This document shows positions 23,382-31,745 of a stretch of DNA of 35,497 nt, piece after piece. The stretch spans positions 1 through 35,497 of the forward strand of contig DASPKG010000054.1 of NCBI GenBank assembly GCA_035628215.1, written 5' to 3'. The notes beneath the pieces are model-generated. The model was not told the DNA's origin, made no database searches, and saw only the letters and a list, made by a program, of their open reading frames with translations. A program made the position numbers and the translations under genes. This stretch comes from Minisyncoccota bacterium. GTDB taxonomy: Bacteria > Patescibacteriota > Minisyncoccia > Phycocordibacterales > Phycocordibacteraceae. Within the stretch, counting starts at the first letter, position 1. Every line of letters starts with the position of its first letter.

Positions 23382-24506
23382 CTATCCAGCAATTATCTCC
23401 TTCGGAAGTGGCCGGAGGTTGTAGGTGGAGGCCATCGAATATCCATAGGCGCCCGCGAGCCGGATCGCGAGCACATCCCCGATCTTCGGCAGCGGCATCA
23501 TCCGCTTCACGGCGAAGAGATCGCCGGATTCGCAGATGTTCCCGGCCACGGTGACCGGGACCTGTTTCCCTCCCTTCCGGCTGAGGTTCTCGATGGGGTG
23601 ATAGGAGCCATACATGGCCGGACGGACGAGATGATTGAAGCCAGAGTCCAGGCCGACAAAGGTATGCCGATAGGTTATCTTGATATCGGTCACGGTAACG
23701 AGAAGCGTGCCTGCCTCGGCGACAAGGAAACGGCCAGGCTCCATGGCGAACTGAATTCCTCTTCCCTGTTTCTTAGCAAACCCCTCCATTTCCTTCTCAA
23801 GTGCCTTGCCAAGTGCGGCGAGATCGAGCTGATCTTCCTCAGGCTTGTACGGCACGCCAAGCCCGCCGCCAAAGTCGATGGCGATGACGTCCGGGAAGTC
23901 CGCAGCAGCGGTAATGAGCGCTCGCGCAGCCTTAACGTACAGTTTTGAATCCAACACGTTCGATCCAATGTGCTGCATGAGCCCGGTAATCAGGAGCCCG
24001 TACTTCTTGGCGATTCGCTTAGCTGCCGGAATATCCTTCTTATCGATCCCGAATTTGCTGTCGGGCCCTCCGGTGATGACGTGCGCATGGTGTCCACCTC
24101 CTATCCCTTGATTCAAGCGAAGCGATATCTCTTTCCCGAGCCTTCCCTTCCCCCAGAGCTCGAGCTGGGTGAGCGAGTCGAGGTAGACGCGTCCGGCATA
24201 CCTGGCTGCATAGCGCAGCTCGGATTCTGTAAGGTTAGAGCAGGTGAAGCTTATACCATCCTTAGCAAAGCCTGCCGCATATGCGCGTTCGATCTCTCCC
24301 CGACTCACCGCCTCGATCCCGATTCCGGCCTTCCGGATGATCTTCAGGACCTCCAGATTGCTGTTCGCCTTCATTGCGTAGCGAACGGCGACACCTGGGA
24401 AGTGGCTAGTGAGCTTCTTGGCCTGTGCTTCTATCGCGCTCCGGTCGTAGACATAGAGCGGGGTGCCATACTTCTTAGTGAGCGCAAGGAACGCGGACTG
24501 CTTCAT
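23382..24506 (-). CDS. lysA: Diaminopimelate decarboxylase
   Basis: YGTPLYVYD..., PLP-lysine context YAMKANSN, and ...ESGD... family motifs. The start is MKQSAFL at 24506; the upstream 20 codons of the track ORF are tRNA sequence. Confidence 0.9.
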   Translation of the reverse strand: MKQSAFLALTKKYGTPLYVYDRSAIEAQAKKLTSHFPGVAVRYAMKANSNLEVLKIIRKAGIGIEAVSRGEIERAYAAGFAKDGISFTCSNLTESELRYAARYAGRVYLDSLTQLELWGKGRLGKEISLRLNQGIGGGHHAHVITGGPDSKFGIDKKDIPAAKRIAKKYGLLITGLMQHIGSNVLDSKLYVKAARALITAAADFPDVIAIDFGGGLGVPYKPEEDQLDLAALGKALEKEMEGFAKKQGRGIQFAMEPGRFLVAEAGTLLVTVTDIKITYRHTFVGLDSGFNHLVRPAMYGSYHPIENLSRKGGKQVPVTVAGNICESGDLFAVKRMMPLPKIGDVLAIRLAGAYGYSMASTYNLRPLPKEIIAG

Positions 24507-24580
24507 GGTGCTCCCGCCAGGACTCGAACCTGGAACGACGGTTCCGAAGACCGTTGTGATATCCATTTCACCACAGGAGC
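24506..24580 (-). tRNA. tRNA-Arg (anticodon UCG), CCA encoded
   Basis: GCTCCTG/CGGGAGC acceptor, D arm GTGA/TCAC, anticodon arm ACGGT-CTTCGGA-ACCGT, T arm CCAGG-TTCGAGT-CCTGG. The terminal A is the A of the lysA ATG. Confidence 0.85.
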
Positions 24581-24640
24581 GTGTAGTAGCACGATACTAC
24601 AGGCTAGGAGATTGGCCACCAGCGTACTAGTATTTTTCTG

Positions 24641-26104
24641 ATGCGCTTCCCCATCCCGCTTGAGGTACAAGCCGTAACCGACGGCCTCCGGAAAGAGGGC
24701 TTTGAGGCCTACCTGGTCGGTGGTTGCGTTCGCGACCTCCTCCTTAATCGGACCCCAAAGGACTGGGATGTGACCACGAATGCCAGACCCGAGGATATCC
24801 AGCGGGTCTTCCCGGACTCCTTCTATGAGAACGATTTTGGGACGGTTGGGGTGAAGACCGGGGCCGAGGACCCGAAGCTCGCCGTAGTCGAGGTGACTCC
24901 CTACCGCACGGAGACCGGATATTCGGACAAACGCCGGCCTGACGAGGTCATCTTCGGGGAGAGTCTTGAGGACGATCTCGCCCGCCGGGACTTCACCATT
25001 AACGCCATTGCCCTCGAGGATTCTAAAGGACAGCTCGTTGACCCTTATAAAGGACAAAAGGACATCGAGGCTAAAGTACTGCGTACAGTAGGTAATCCGG
25101 CTGATCGCTTCGAAGAGGACGCCCTCCGCCTCATGCGGGCAGTCCGGCTTATGGCAGAGCTTGGCTTCGCCCTTGATTCCGAGACGGCCGAGGCAATAAG
25201 GGTTAAATCCGGGAATCTGAGGCACATTTCACGTGAAAGGATTCGGGAAGAATTCGTGAGAATTGTGGAGTCAAAGGAACCTATGATGGCCCTCGTTTTG
25301 GCTCATCAGCTGGGAATACTCGAGTATATTGCTCCCGATCTCATACGGGGCATTGGGGTTGATCAGAACCAGGCCCATAGCTACGACGTTTTCGAGCATA
25401 ATATGCGCGCCCTCCAGCATGCTGCGGACAAGGACTGGTCGCTTGATATCCGGCTCGCTGCTCTTTTCCATGATGTATCTAAGCCTGAAACCCGGCGCTG
25501 GTCCGATGAGAAGAAGGACTGGACATTCCATGGGCATGAGGTAGTAGGCGGCAGGACGGTTAGGAAGGCCCTTGAGGATCTACGGTTTTCACGCGAAACA
25601 ATCGAAAAGGTGAGTAAACTGGTCCGTTGGCACATGTTCTTCTCGGACCCTGATCAGATAAGCCTGTCCGCGGTCCGCCGAATGATCGTGAATGTCGGGC
25701 CTGAGAATATTGAGGATCTTCTGAATCTACGCATCTGCGACCGTATCGGTACCGGCCGGCCTAAAGAGCAGCCCTTCCGCTTCAGGAGATATAAGGCAAT
25801 GGTCGAGGAGGCACTTCGGGATCCCATCTCCGTCGGGATGCTTAAAACCGATGGGAACCGCCTCATGGAACAGTTTCATGTGAAACCGGGGCCTAGGATA
25901 GGCCATATTCTCCATGCGCTCCTCGAGGAGGTTCTTGAGGATCCTTCAAGGAATACCGAGGAATATCTGGATGCTAGGACGAAGGAGCTCCTATCGCTAG
26001 GAGACCAGGAGCTCAAGGAATTGGGGGAGTCGGGAAAGAAGAGAAGGGAGGTCGAGGAGGAGCGGGAGATACAGGAAATCCTTAAAAAGCACCATGTGGG
26101 GTAG
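24641..26104 (+). CDS. cca: CCA-adding enzyme / tRNA nucleotidyltransferase with HD domain
   Basis: AYLVGGCVRDLLLNRTPKDWDVTT polymerase-beta head. RRDFTINA. HD region FHDVSKP...HGHEVVG. Confidence 0.88.
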   Translation: MRFPIPLEVQAVTDGLRKEGFEAYLVGGCVRDLLLNRTPKDWDVTTNARPEDIQRVFPDSFYENDFGTVGVKTGAEDPKLAVVEVTPYRTETGYSDKRRPDEVIFGESLEDDLARRDFTINAIALEDSKGQLVDPYKGQKDIEAKVLRTVGNPADRFEEDALRLMRAVRLMAELGFALDSETAEAIRVKSGNLRHISRERIREEFVRIVESKEPMMALVLAHQLGILEYIAPDLIRGIGVDQNQAHSYDVFEHNMRALQHAADKDWSLDIRLAALFHDVSKPETRRWSDEKKDWTFHGHEVVGGRTVRKALEDLRFSRETIEKVSKLVRWHMFFSDPDQISLSAVRRMIVNVGPENIEDLLNLRICDRIGTGRPKEQPFRFRRYKAMVEEALRDPISVGMLKTDGNRLMEQFHVKPGPRIGHILHALLEEVLEDPSRNTEEYLDARTKELLSLGDQELKELGESGKKRREVEEEREIQEILKKHHVG

Positions 26105-26121
26105 GTTACACGTGAAATAGA

Positions 26122-26186
26122 AAGGGCCTCGTTCTTAGCTTAGAATCGGATTCCGAGCTAAAAACGAGGCCCTTACTTACTTTTGG
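26122..26186. terminator. Long bidirectional hairpin after cca
   Basis: AAGGGCCTCGTT (26122-33) pairs with AACGAGGCCCTT (26163-74), with inner sub-helices TAGCT/AGCTA and GAATC/GATTC. T-rich on both sides. Confidence 0.65.
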
Positions 26187-26531
26187 CTACTTTGCGTTCT
26201 GCGAGGTGCAGAACAAGAAAATGGAGCTGGGGCTTTTGTTGGAATTCTGCTGGGGAAAGGGCAGAAACGCATTTCGCATGATTTATGTTGCGTTTCCACG
26301 TGGAACCGGGCCTGACCCAGTTTTATAGGCGGAGATACGCTCCGAAGCCGTTGGACGGCCCCGAACCTTCCGTGAGACGCACGCACAGAAAGAGCTCTCA
26401 AAGATCAACCGAAGCGCGGAGAGGCCGCGCATCATGGACTGATCCGCAAGCCCTCCCCGTCTGCAGATAATAGTAGGGTTTATAAAGGACAACGTAAAGG
26501 ACATACGTGTGCATAACTTGTCCTTTATGTC

Positions 26532-27326
26532 CTATAGCTCTATAGAAACAGGGCAGTGGTCCGAGCCGAGTACTTCCGGATGGATGCCGGCCTGCTTTAC
26601 ATGTCTCGCGAGCGTCTTAGAAGCAAAGATGTAATCGATGCGCCAGCCGACATTGCGTTCTCGTGCGTTGCCCCATGGGCTCCACCAAGTGTAGTGACCT
26701 GCCCCTTGTTTGAAGAGCCGGAGTGTATCGACGAATCCTGCCTTGAGGATCTGGTCGATGCCTTCCCGCTCCTCGTCCGTGAAGCCCTTCATACCGACGT
26801 TCGCATCGGGACGGGCAAGGTCGTCCGGGGTATGGGCGACGTTCAAATCACCGCAGAAAATAACGGGTTTCTCCTCCTCGAGCCGCTTCATGTATTCAAG
26901 GAAGGCGGGGTCCCATTGCTTATGCCGAAGATGGAGCCGGGAGAGGTCGTCCTTGGCGTTCGGCGTATAGACGGAGACCACCCAGAAGTCGAACATGTCC
27001 GCTGCCACAATGCGGCCCTCCTCATTGGGGTCTCCGTACCCGTCGTCTGCGAGCCCGTATTTCTTGGCGATATCCTCGGTCATGCCGTAGACCACGTCGT
27101 TTGGGGTCATCTTGGTGAAGATGGCCGTCCCGCTGTATCCCTTCTTATTCTTGGCGGAATTCCAATATTCCTCGTATTCGGGTAGGTCTATGGGAGATTG
27201 TTCCTGCTCGGCCTTGGTCTCCTGGAGGCAGAGGATGTCGGGCTTATGCTTCTTAATGAACGGTACGAACAGGTCCTTGCGGTGGACCGCCCGGATGCCG
27301 TTCACGTTCCAGGACATGATGCGCAT
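26532..27326 (-). CDS. xth: Exodeoxyribonuclease III
   Basis: MRIMSWNVNGIRA...DILCLQETK...GDLNVAH...SDHCPV signatures. Start at ATG 27326, 6 nt after a TACTAT box. The N-terminal 102 codons of the track ORF are antisense to the NUDIX gene. Confidence 0.9.
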   Translation of the reverse strand: MRIMSWNVNGIRAVHRKDLFVPFIKKHKPDILCLQETKAEQEQSPIDLPEYEEYWNSAKNKKGYSGTAIFTKMTPNDVVYGMTEDIAKKYGLADDGYGDPNEEGRIVAADMFDFWVVSVYTPNAKDDLSRLHLRHKQWDPAFLEYMKRLEEEKPVIFCGDLNVAHTPDDLARPDANVGMKGFTDEEREGIDQILKAGFVDTLRLFKQGAGHYTWWSPWGNARERNVGWRIDYIFASKTLARHVKQAGIHPEVLGSDHCPVSIEL

Positions 27327-27356
27327 AGCCGCATAGTAGCAGGCTATACTCTCGGT

Positions 27357-27839
27357 ATGGAAGACATCCGGCACGAGGTGGTCATCACCGCGATCATCGT
27401 GAAGGATGGGAAATATCTCATCACGCGCCGCTCCCCGAACAAGAAGCGGTTTCCAGGCATGTGGACGGTGCCAGGCGGGAAGCTTGAGCCTAAGGACTAT
27501 CTCTCCATGCCCAAAGACACTAAGGACTACTGGTATAACGTGCTCGAGCGCGTGCTCCGAAGGGAAGTCGAGGAGGAGGTGGGACTTTCGATAACGAATA
27601 TCGAGTACGTGACGAGCCTTGCGACCGTGCATGCAGACGGCGCGCCATCCCTCGTCATCTCTTGCATGGCCGATTACGAGAGCGGGGAGGTGCGGCTCCA
27701 GGAAGAGGAGACTGACCAGTATGAATGGGTGACGCTCGAGGAGGCGAGGGGCTACGAGCTCATCGATGGTATCTACGACGAGCTCGCGATGGCGCAGATG
27801 CGCAGGAGGGGAGAGCGGATCGAGTGGCAGCGCGCGTAA
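27357..27839 (+). CDS. NUDIX hydrolase
   Basis: GMWTVPGGKLE...LRREVEEEVGL Nudix box with an insertion. Start at ATG 27357, 6 nt after TATACT. Confidence 0.85.
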   Translation: MEDIRHEVVITAIIVKDGKYLITRRSPNKKRFPGMWTVPGGKLEPKDYLSMPKDTKDYWYNVLERVLRREVEEEVGLSITNIEYVTSLATVHADGAPSLVISCMADYESGEVRLQEEETDQYEWVTLEEARGYELIDGIYDELAMAQMRRRGERIEWQRA

Positions 27840-27842
27840 GTG

Positions 27843-28745
27843 CTACTTCCTTGAATGGAACCGCTTATGTACTTCTCGTAAGTGCGCATCCGTCACATGC
27901 GTATAGATCTGAGTTGTATTGATGGAGGCATGACCTAAAAGTGCCTGAACGCTGCGCAGATCCGCGCCGTTCGAGAGGAGATCGGTCGCAAACGAATGGC
28001 GCAGCACGTGCGGCGTGACCTTCTTCGTAATGCCGGCCTTGGTCGCGTAGTGCTTGATGATGAGCTGGACGCCCCGCGGCGTGAGCCTCGTCGGGGTCTT
28101 CTTCGAATCCTTCCCGACCCGCGGGATGTTCACAAAGAGCGCCTCCTCCATGTCCTTGCGCGCCTTCATATAGGTACGGACCGCTTCCTTGCTCGCGTCC
28201 GACAGGAACACCACCCGCACCTTGTCTCCCTTGCCGCGCACCGAGAGGTCGTCGCGCGAGAGGTCGATATCCGAATTGAGCGCGCAGAGTTCGGAAACGC
28301 GCAGTCCGGTGGAGAAGAGGAGCTCGAGGATGGCGCGGTCCCGGAGCGCCTTCTCCTCGGTCCCGTCCGCGGCCTTGATGAGCCGGTCGAGCTCGGCGCT
28401 CGAGATGAGGTCAATCTGCCGCTCGGGGAGCTTCGCAAGCTCGATGCGCTCCGGATTGAGCCCCTCGATGCCGCGCTTGCGGAGGAACTTGAGGAAGGCC
28501 CGCAGCGCGATGAGGTAGTAGTTCTGGGTCCGGCGCTTCATGGTGCCCGAGGTTCCTGGCTGGCGGTTCAGCCACAACCGGAATTCCCGGATCCGCTCCT
28601 CGGTGATATCCGAGACTTCCTTGATCTCCATCTGCGTGAAGAACCGGTCGAGGTAGTGCTCGTAATTTTCGATGGTCTTGACCGCGCGACCGCGCTCGAT
28701 CTCGGTGTATTCGAGGAACTGGCGGAGCATCGAGCGAGCATCCAT
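27843..28745 (-). CDS. Tyrosine recombinase XerC/XerD family
   Basis: SAM-like N-terminal domain. LRHSFATDLL...LLGHASINTTQIYTHV catalytic region. TATACT 6 nt before the ATG. Confidence 0.88.
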   Translation of the reverse strand: MDARSMLRQFLEYTEIERGRAVKTIENYEHYLDRFFTQMEIKEVSDITEERIREFRLWLNRQPGTSGTMKRRTQNYYLIALRAFLKFLRKRGIEGLNPERIELAKLPERQIDLISSAELDRLIKAADGTEEKALRDRAILELLFSTGLRVSELCALNSDIDLSRDDLSVRGKGDKVRVVFLSDASKEAVRTYMKARKDMEEALFVNIPRVGKDSKKTPTRLTPRGVQLIIKHYATKAGITKKVTPHVLRHSFATDLLSNGADLRSVQALLGHASINTTQIYTHVTDAHLREVHKRFHSRK

Positions 28746-28801
28746 AGGACCAGTATACCGCTCCGTTGTGCGAAGTATCCGGATTGCTATACTTTCCGTA
28801 T

Positions 28802-29548
28802 ATGGAACTACTCGTCATTCTCCCGATCGCCATCTTCCTCGCTGTCGTGTTCATCCGCCAGGTGAACCAATACGAGCGGGGCGTCCGCTTCACTATGGGC
28901 CGGTTCTCGGGGATCATGAATCCGGGCTGGCGCATCATCATCCCGGTCTTCCAGGGCTACCAAAAGGTGGATATGCGCACCAAGGCGGTGGACGTCCCGG
29001 ACCAGAACGCCATCACCCGCGACAACGTTCCGGTCCGCGTGAACGCCGTCATCTACTACAAGGTCTCGGACGCCGAGAAGGCGATCATCGAGGTGGAGGA
29101 CTTCCGCTACGCCATTTCCCAGTACGCGCAGACCACCATGCGCAATATTGTCGGCGAAGTGACGCTCGATGAACTCCTCTCCGGCCGCGATAAGATCGCG
29201 GACCGCATCCGCGAGATCGTGGACCTCGAAACCGACGCGTGGGGCCTTAAGGTCCAGAACGTGGAGCTTAAGGATGTGAGCCTTCCGGAGGCGATGGAGC
29301 GCACGATCGCTAAGCAGGCAGAGGCCGAGCGCGAGAAGCGGGCGGTCATCATCAATTCGGAGGGTGAAGTCGCCGCTGCCGAGAACGTGGCGAAGGCGGC
29401 GCAAATGCTCTCGCAGATTCCGGGTGCGCTCCACCTCCGAACGCTCCAATCGATCAACGATATCTCCTCGGACCAGTCCAATACCGTGGTCTTCACGGTC
29501 CCGCTCGAGATTCTGAAGGCGCTCGAGGGCTTCAAGCGGGGGTCCTAG
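28802..29548 (+). CDS. SPFH/Band 7 (stomatin-like) membrane protein
   Basis: N-terminal TM followed by VNQYERGVRFTMGRF...VDVPDQNAITRDNVPVRVNAVIYYKV, typical of slipin/stomatin. Start at ATG 28802. Confidence 0.88.
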   Translation: MELLVILPIAIFLAVVFIRQVNQYERGVRFTMGRFSGIMNPGWRIIIPVFQGYQKVDMRTKAVDVPDQNAITRDNVPVRVNAVIYYKVSDAEKAIIEVEDFRYAISQYAQTTMRNIVGEVTLDELLSGRDKIADRIREIVDLETDAWGLKVQNVELKDVSLPEAMERTIAKQAEAEREKRAVIINSEGEVAAAENVAKAAQMLSQIPGALHLRTLQSINDISSDQSNTVVFTVPLEILKALEGFKRGS

Positions 29549-29611
29549 CGGAGGCCGCTTCATACCCCACAACACTTGCAATTATTATCAAGATGTGGTA
29601 AGGTGTGGTCA

Positions 29612-29878
29612 ATGCTTACGAAACGAGTGAAAACGGGCGTCATCAAGGACGCAGCGAATCACCCGACCGATACGGGCTCTGCCCAGGTCCAGATCGCTAT
29701 CCTGAGCCGCAAAATCGATGAGCTCACCGCTCATCTGAAGAAGAATAAGAAGGATTTCCACTCGCGCCGCGGCCTCCTGCAGATGGTCGCCGATCGCCGG
29801 AGCCATCTTCGGTACCTCGAGAAGAGCAACAAGCGCGGATACAACGCCTTGGTGAAGAAGCTCGGCCTCAAGAAGTAA
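29612..29878 (+). CDS. rpsO: 30S ribosomal protein S15
   Basis: DTGSAQVQIAILSRKIDELTAHLKKNKKDFHSRRGLLQMV... Start at ATG 29612 after AAGGTG. Confidence 0.93.
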   Translation: MLTKRVKTGVIKDAANHPTDTGSAQVQIAILSRKIDELTAHLKKNKKDFHSRRGLLQMVADRRSHLRYLEKSNKRGYNALVKKLGLKK

Positions 29879-29906
29879 GGAACCGCGGGGAACACCCCGC
29901 GATTCC
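29879..29906 (+). terminator. Terminator after rpsO
   Basis: GGAACCGCGGGG-aaca-CCCCGCGATTCC (one mismatch). Confidence 0.7.
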
Positions 29907-29983
29907 CGTTTCCAAGCAGGTGCTATCATTAATCGCGTGCGGATCCTCCATCCGTACTTACCAAATCTTTTAATACGCAAGCT

Positions 29984-30502
29984 ATGCCCGTGATCAAACA
30001 TCCGGCGCAGCGAGTCGGGGTTTTCATAGATACGCAGAACCTCTATCACAGCGCCAAGCATCTTTATAAATCGCGCGTGAACTTCGCCAACGTCCTCGAG
30101 GAGGCCGTCGGGAACCGCGTCCTCGTCCGCGCCATCGCCTACGTCATCTCCACCGAAAGCGGTGAGGAGAAGAACTTCTTCGAAGCGCTCACGAAGATCG
30201 GTATCGAGACCAAGGTGAAGGGGCTCCAGGTGTTCTCAGACGGCGCCAAGAAGGCCGACTGGGACGTCGGGCTCGCCATCGATGCCGTGAAGCTCGCGCC
30301 GAAGCTCGATACCATCATCCTGGCGACCGGCGACGGCGACTTCGTCCCGCTCATCGAGTACCTCGATATGAACGAGGGCTGCCAGGTAGAGGTCATCTCC
30401 TTCGGGAAGTCCTCTTCCGCGAAGCTGAAGGAGGCCGCGCACGCCTTCACCGATATGTGCGAGAACCCGAAGCGCTTCGTGATCGCGCATCGAGGGTCCT
30501 AA
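29984..30502 (+). CDS. NYN-domain (LabA/DUF88-like) putative RNase
   Basis: RVGVFIDTQNLYHSA...ATGDGDFVPLIEYL. TAATAC box 7 nt before the ATG. Confidence 0.8.
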   Translation: MPVIKHPAQRVGVFIDTQNLYHSAKHLYKSRVNFANVLEEAVGNRVLVRAIAYVISTESGEEKNFFEALTKIGIETKVKGLQVFSDGAKKADWDVGLAIDAVKLAPKLDTIILATGDGDFVPLIEYLDMNEGCQVEVISFGKSSSAKLKEAAHAFTDMCENPKRFVIAHRGS

Positions 30503-30569
30503 CGGCGCGCATCCGCGCACGAGCAGGCCGCAGGACGAACATCCTGTGGCCCGTTCCGGTTATACTTTG

Positions 30570-31721
30570 ATGAGCATGAGCGATTCGCCGCAGCAGCCCG
30601 CCGAGGATAAATCGAGATTCATCCGCACGTATGCGAAGGATGTCGCCGCGCTCACGGGTACCTCGGGGAAGGCAGCCTCCGCGCCTCCGCCCCCTCCCGT
30701 ACCGAAGCCCGTAGCGGCTCCGCCACCACCCCCACCTAAGCCGATACCGCCTCCACCTCCGCTGGAGAAGCCGGAGTTTGAGGCGCCTGCGCCCCCTCCC
30801 GCGCCCCTGCCGCCCGTGAACCGCGCACCCGAGCAGCCGTCTCCCATCCATACGTACAAATCGGATTTCGCCGACCGCATCGACCAGAAGCAGGCCTCGA
30901 CCTTCTCGGTGCTTGCCGCGCAGAAGGACGCAGGGAAGAGACCGGCATCACCGAAGAAGCGCCGCAGTCAGCTCATGCTTGCCGGCGCGGTCGTCCTCAT
31001 CGCGCTCGGGGGCGCAGGGCTCGGCGGCGCAGCGTGGTACGTCATGCGCGCCAACATGCTTCCCGCGGCCGTGCCGTCAGCGTCCTCGCTCGTCTTCGCG
31101 GACGAGCAGGTGCGCCTCTCGGCCTCCGGTCCCGACCTCATGAACGAGATCGCGGCGCTCGCGAACGAACCCCTGCCCGACGGCAGCGTGCTCGTGGTGT
31201 ACCTCTCGGAATCCACCACGACCGAACGTGGACGGGTCATCGAGACCCCGCTTTCCGGCGGCGCGCTCATCAACGCGATGGAGCTCCCGGCGCCCCAGAT
31301 CCTGCTCCGCAACATCTCGCCCGAGAGCACGGTCGGCATCATGAGCGCAGGAGGGGAGACGCGGCCCTTCTTCGTCTTCAAGACCAGCTCCTATGAGCGC
31401 ACGTTCGCGGGTATGCTCGCATGGGAGACGAGCATCGCGCGGGACCTCGCGGTGCTCTTCCCGGCCAAGGCCGCAGGCAGCCTCGCCCCGACTGCGGCGA
31501 GCGCGCCGCTTGGCACCTCGACCCCTGTCGCCCAGCCGCCCGCTCGGCCGCTCGACGCTTTCACGGACGCGGTCGTCGCCAACCACGACGTGCGCGTGCT
31601 CCGGGACACCGCCGGAGCGACCCTCATGCTCTACGGGTACGCCCAGAAGGACCTGCTCATCCTTGCGCGCGACGAAGCCGCATTCACGAACCTCATCTCC
31701 CGGCTTTCATCAGGGGACTAG
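30570..31721 (+). CDS. Proline-rich single-pass membrane protein with a C-terminal extracytoplasmic domain
   Basis: PPPPPVPKPVAAPPPPPPKPIPPPPP tract, then TM LMLAGAVVLIALGGAGLGGAAWYV, then about 230 aa. The start is ATG 30570 or 30576 (TATACT at 30561-66); the track ORF begins at GTG 30546. Confidence 0.6.
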   Translation: MSMSDSPQQPAEDKSRFIRTYAKDVAALTGTSGKAASAPPPPPVPKPVAAPPPPPPKPIPPPPPLEKPEFEAPAPPPAPLPPVNRAPEQPSPIHTYKSDFADRIDQKQASTFSVLAAQKDAGKRPASPKKRRSQLMLAGAVVLIALGGAGLGGAAWYVMRANMLPAAVPSASSLVFADEQVRLSASGPDLMNEIAALANEPLPDGSVLVVYLSESTTTERGRVIETPLSGGALINAMELPAPQILLRNISPESTVGIMSAGGETRPFFVFKTSSYERTFAGMLAWETSIARDLAVLFPAKAAGSLAPTAASAPLGTSTPVAQPPARPLDAFTDAVVANHDVRVLRDTAGATLMLYGYAQKDLLILARDEAAFTNLISRLSSGD

Positions 31722-31745
31722 GCAGGGTGTGGTAGAGTACGCTCC

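Noticed and set aside
26105-26531. RNase P RNA, tmRNA or SRP RNA in the cca-xth spacer
   Set aside because: For RNase P there is only a weak GGAAGGUUCGGGGC resemblance to the P4 GGAAAGUCCGGGC, and no ACAGAA..CGGCUUA or specificity-domain blocks. For tmRNA there is no T-arm or CCA-ending tRNA-like domain and no tag ORF. For SRP there is no GGAA-tetraloop or AGCAGC domain IV motif. I therefore keep it only as an unclassified ncRNA candidate.
27843-28745. The tyrosine recombinase as the integrase of a mobile element near the tRNA genes
   Set aside because: The sequence and length are typical of chromosomal XerC/D. I found no flanking direct repeats of tRNA 3' ends, and the neighbouring genes are housekeeping.
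27996-29581. 289-aa (+) and 257-aa (-) ORFs over the xer and SPFH genes
   Set aside because: They are antisense shadow frames of two well-supported genes.
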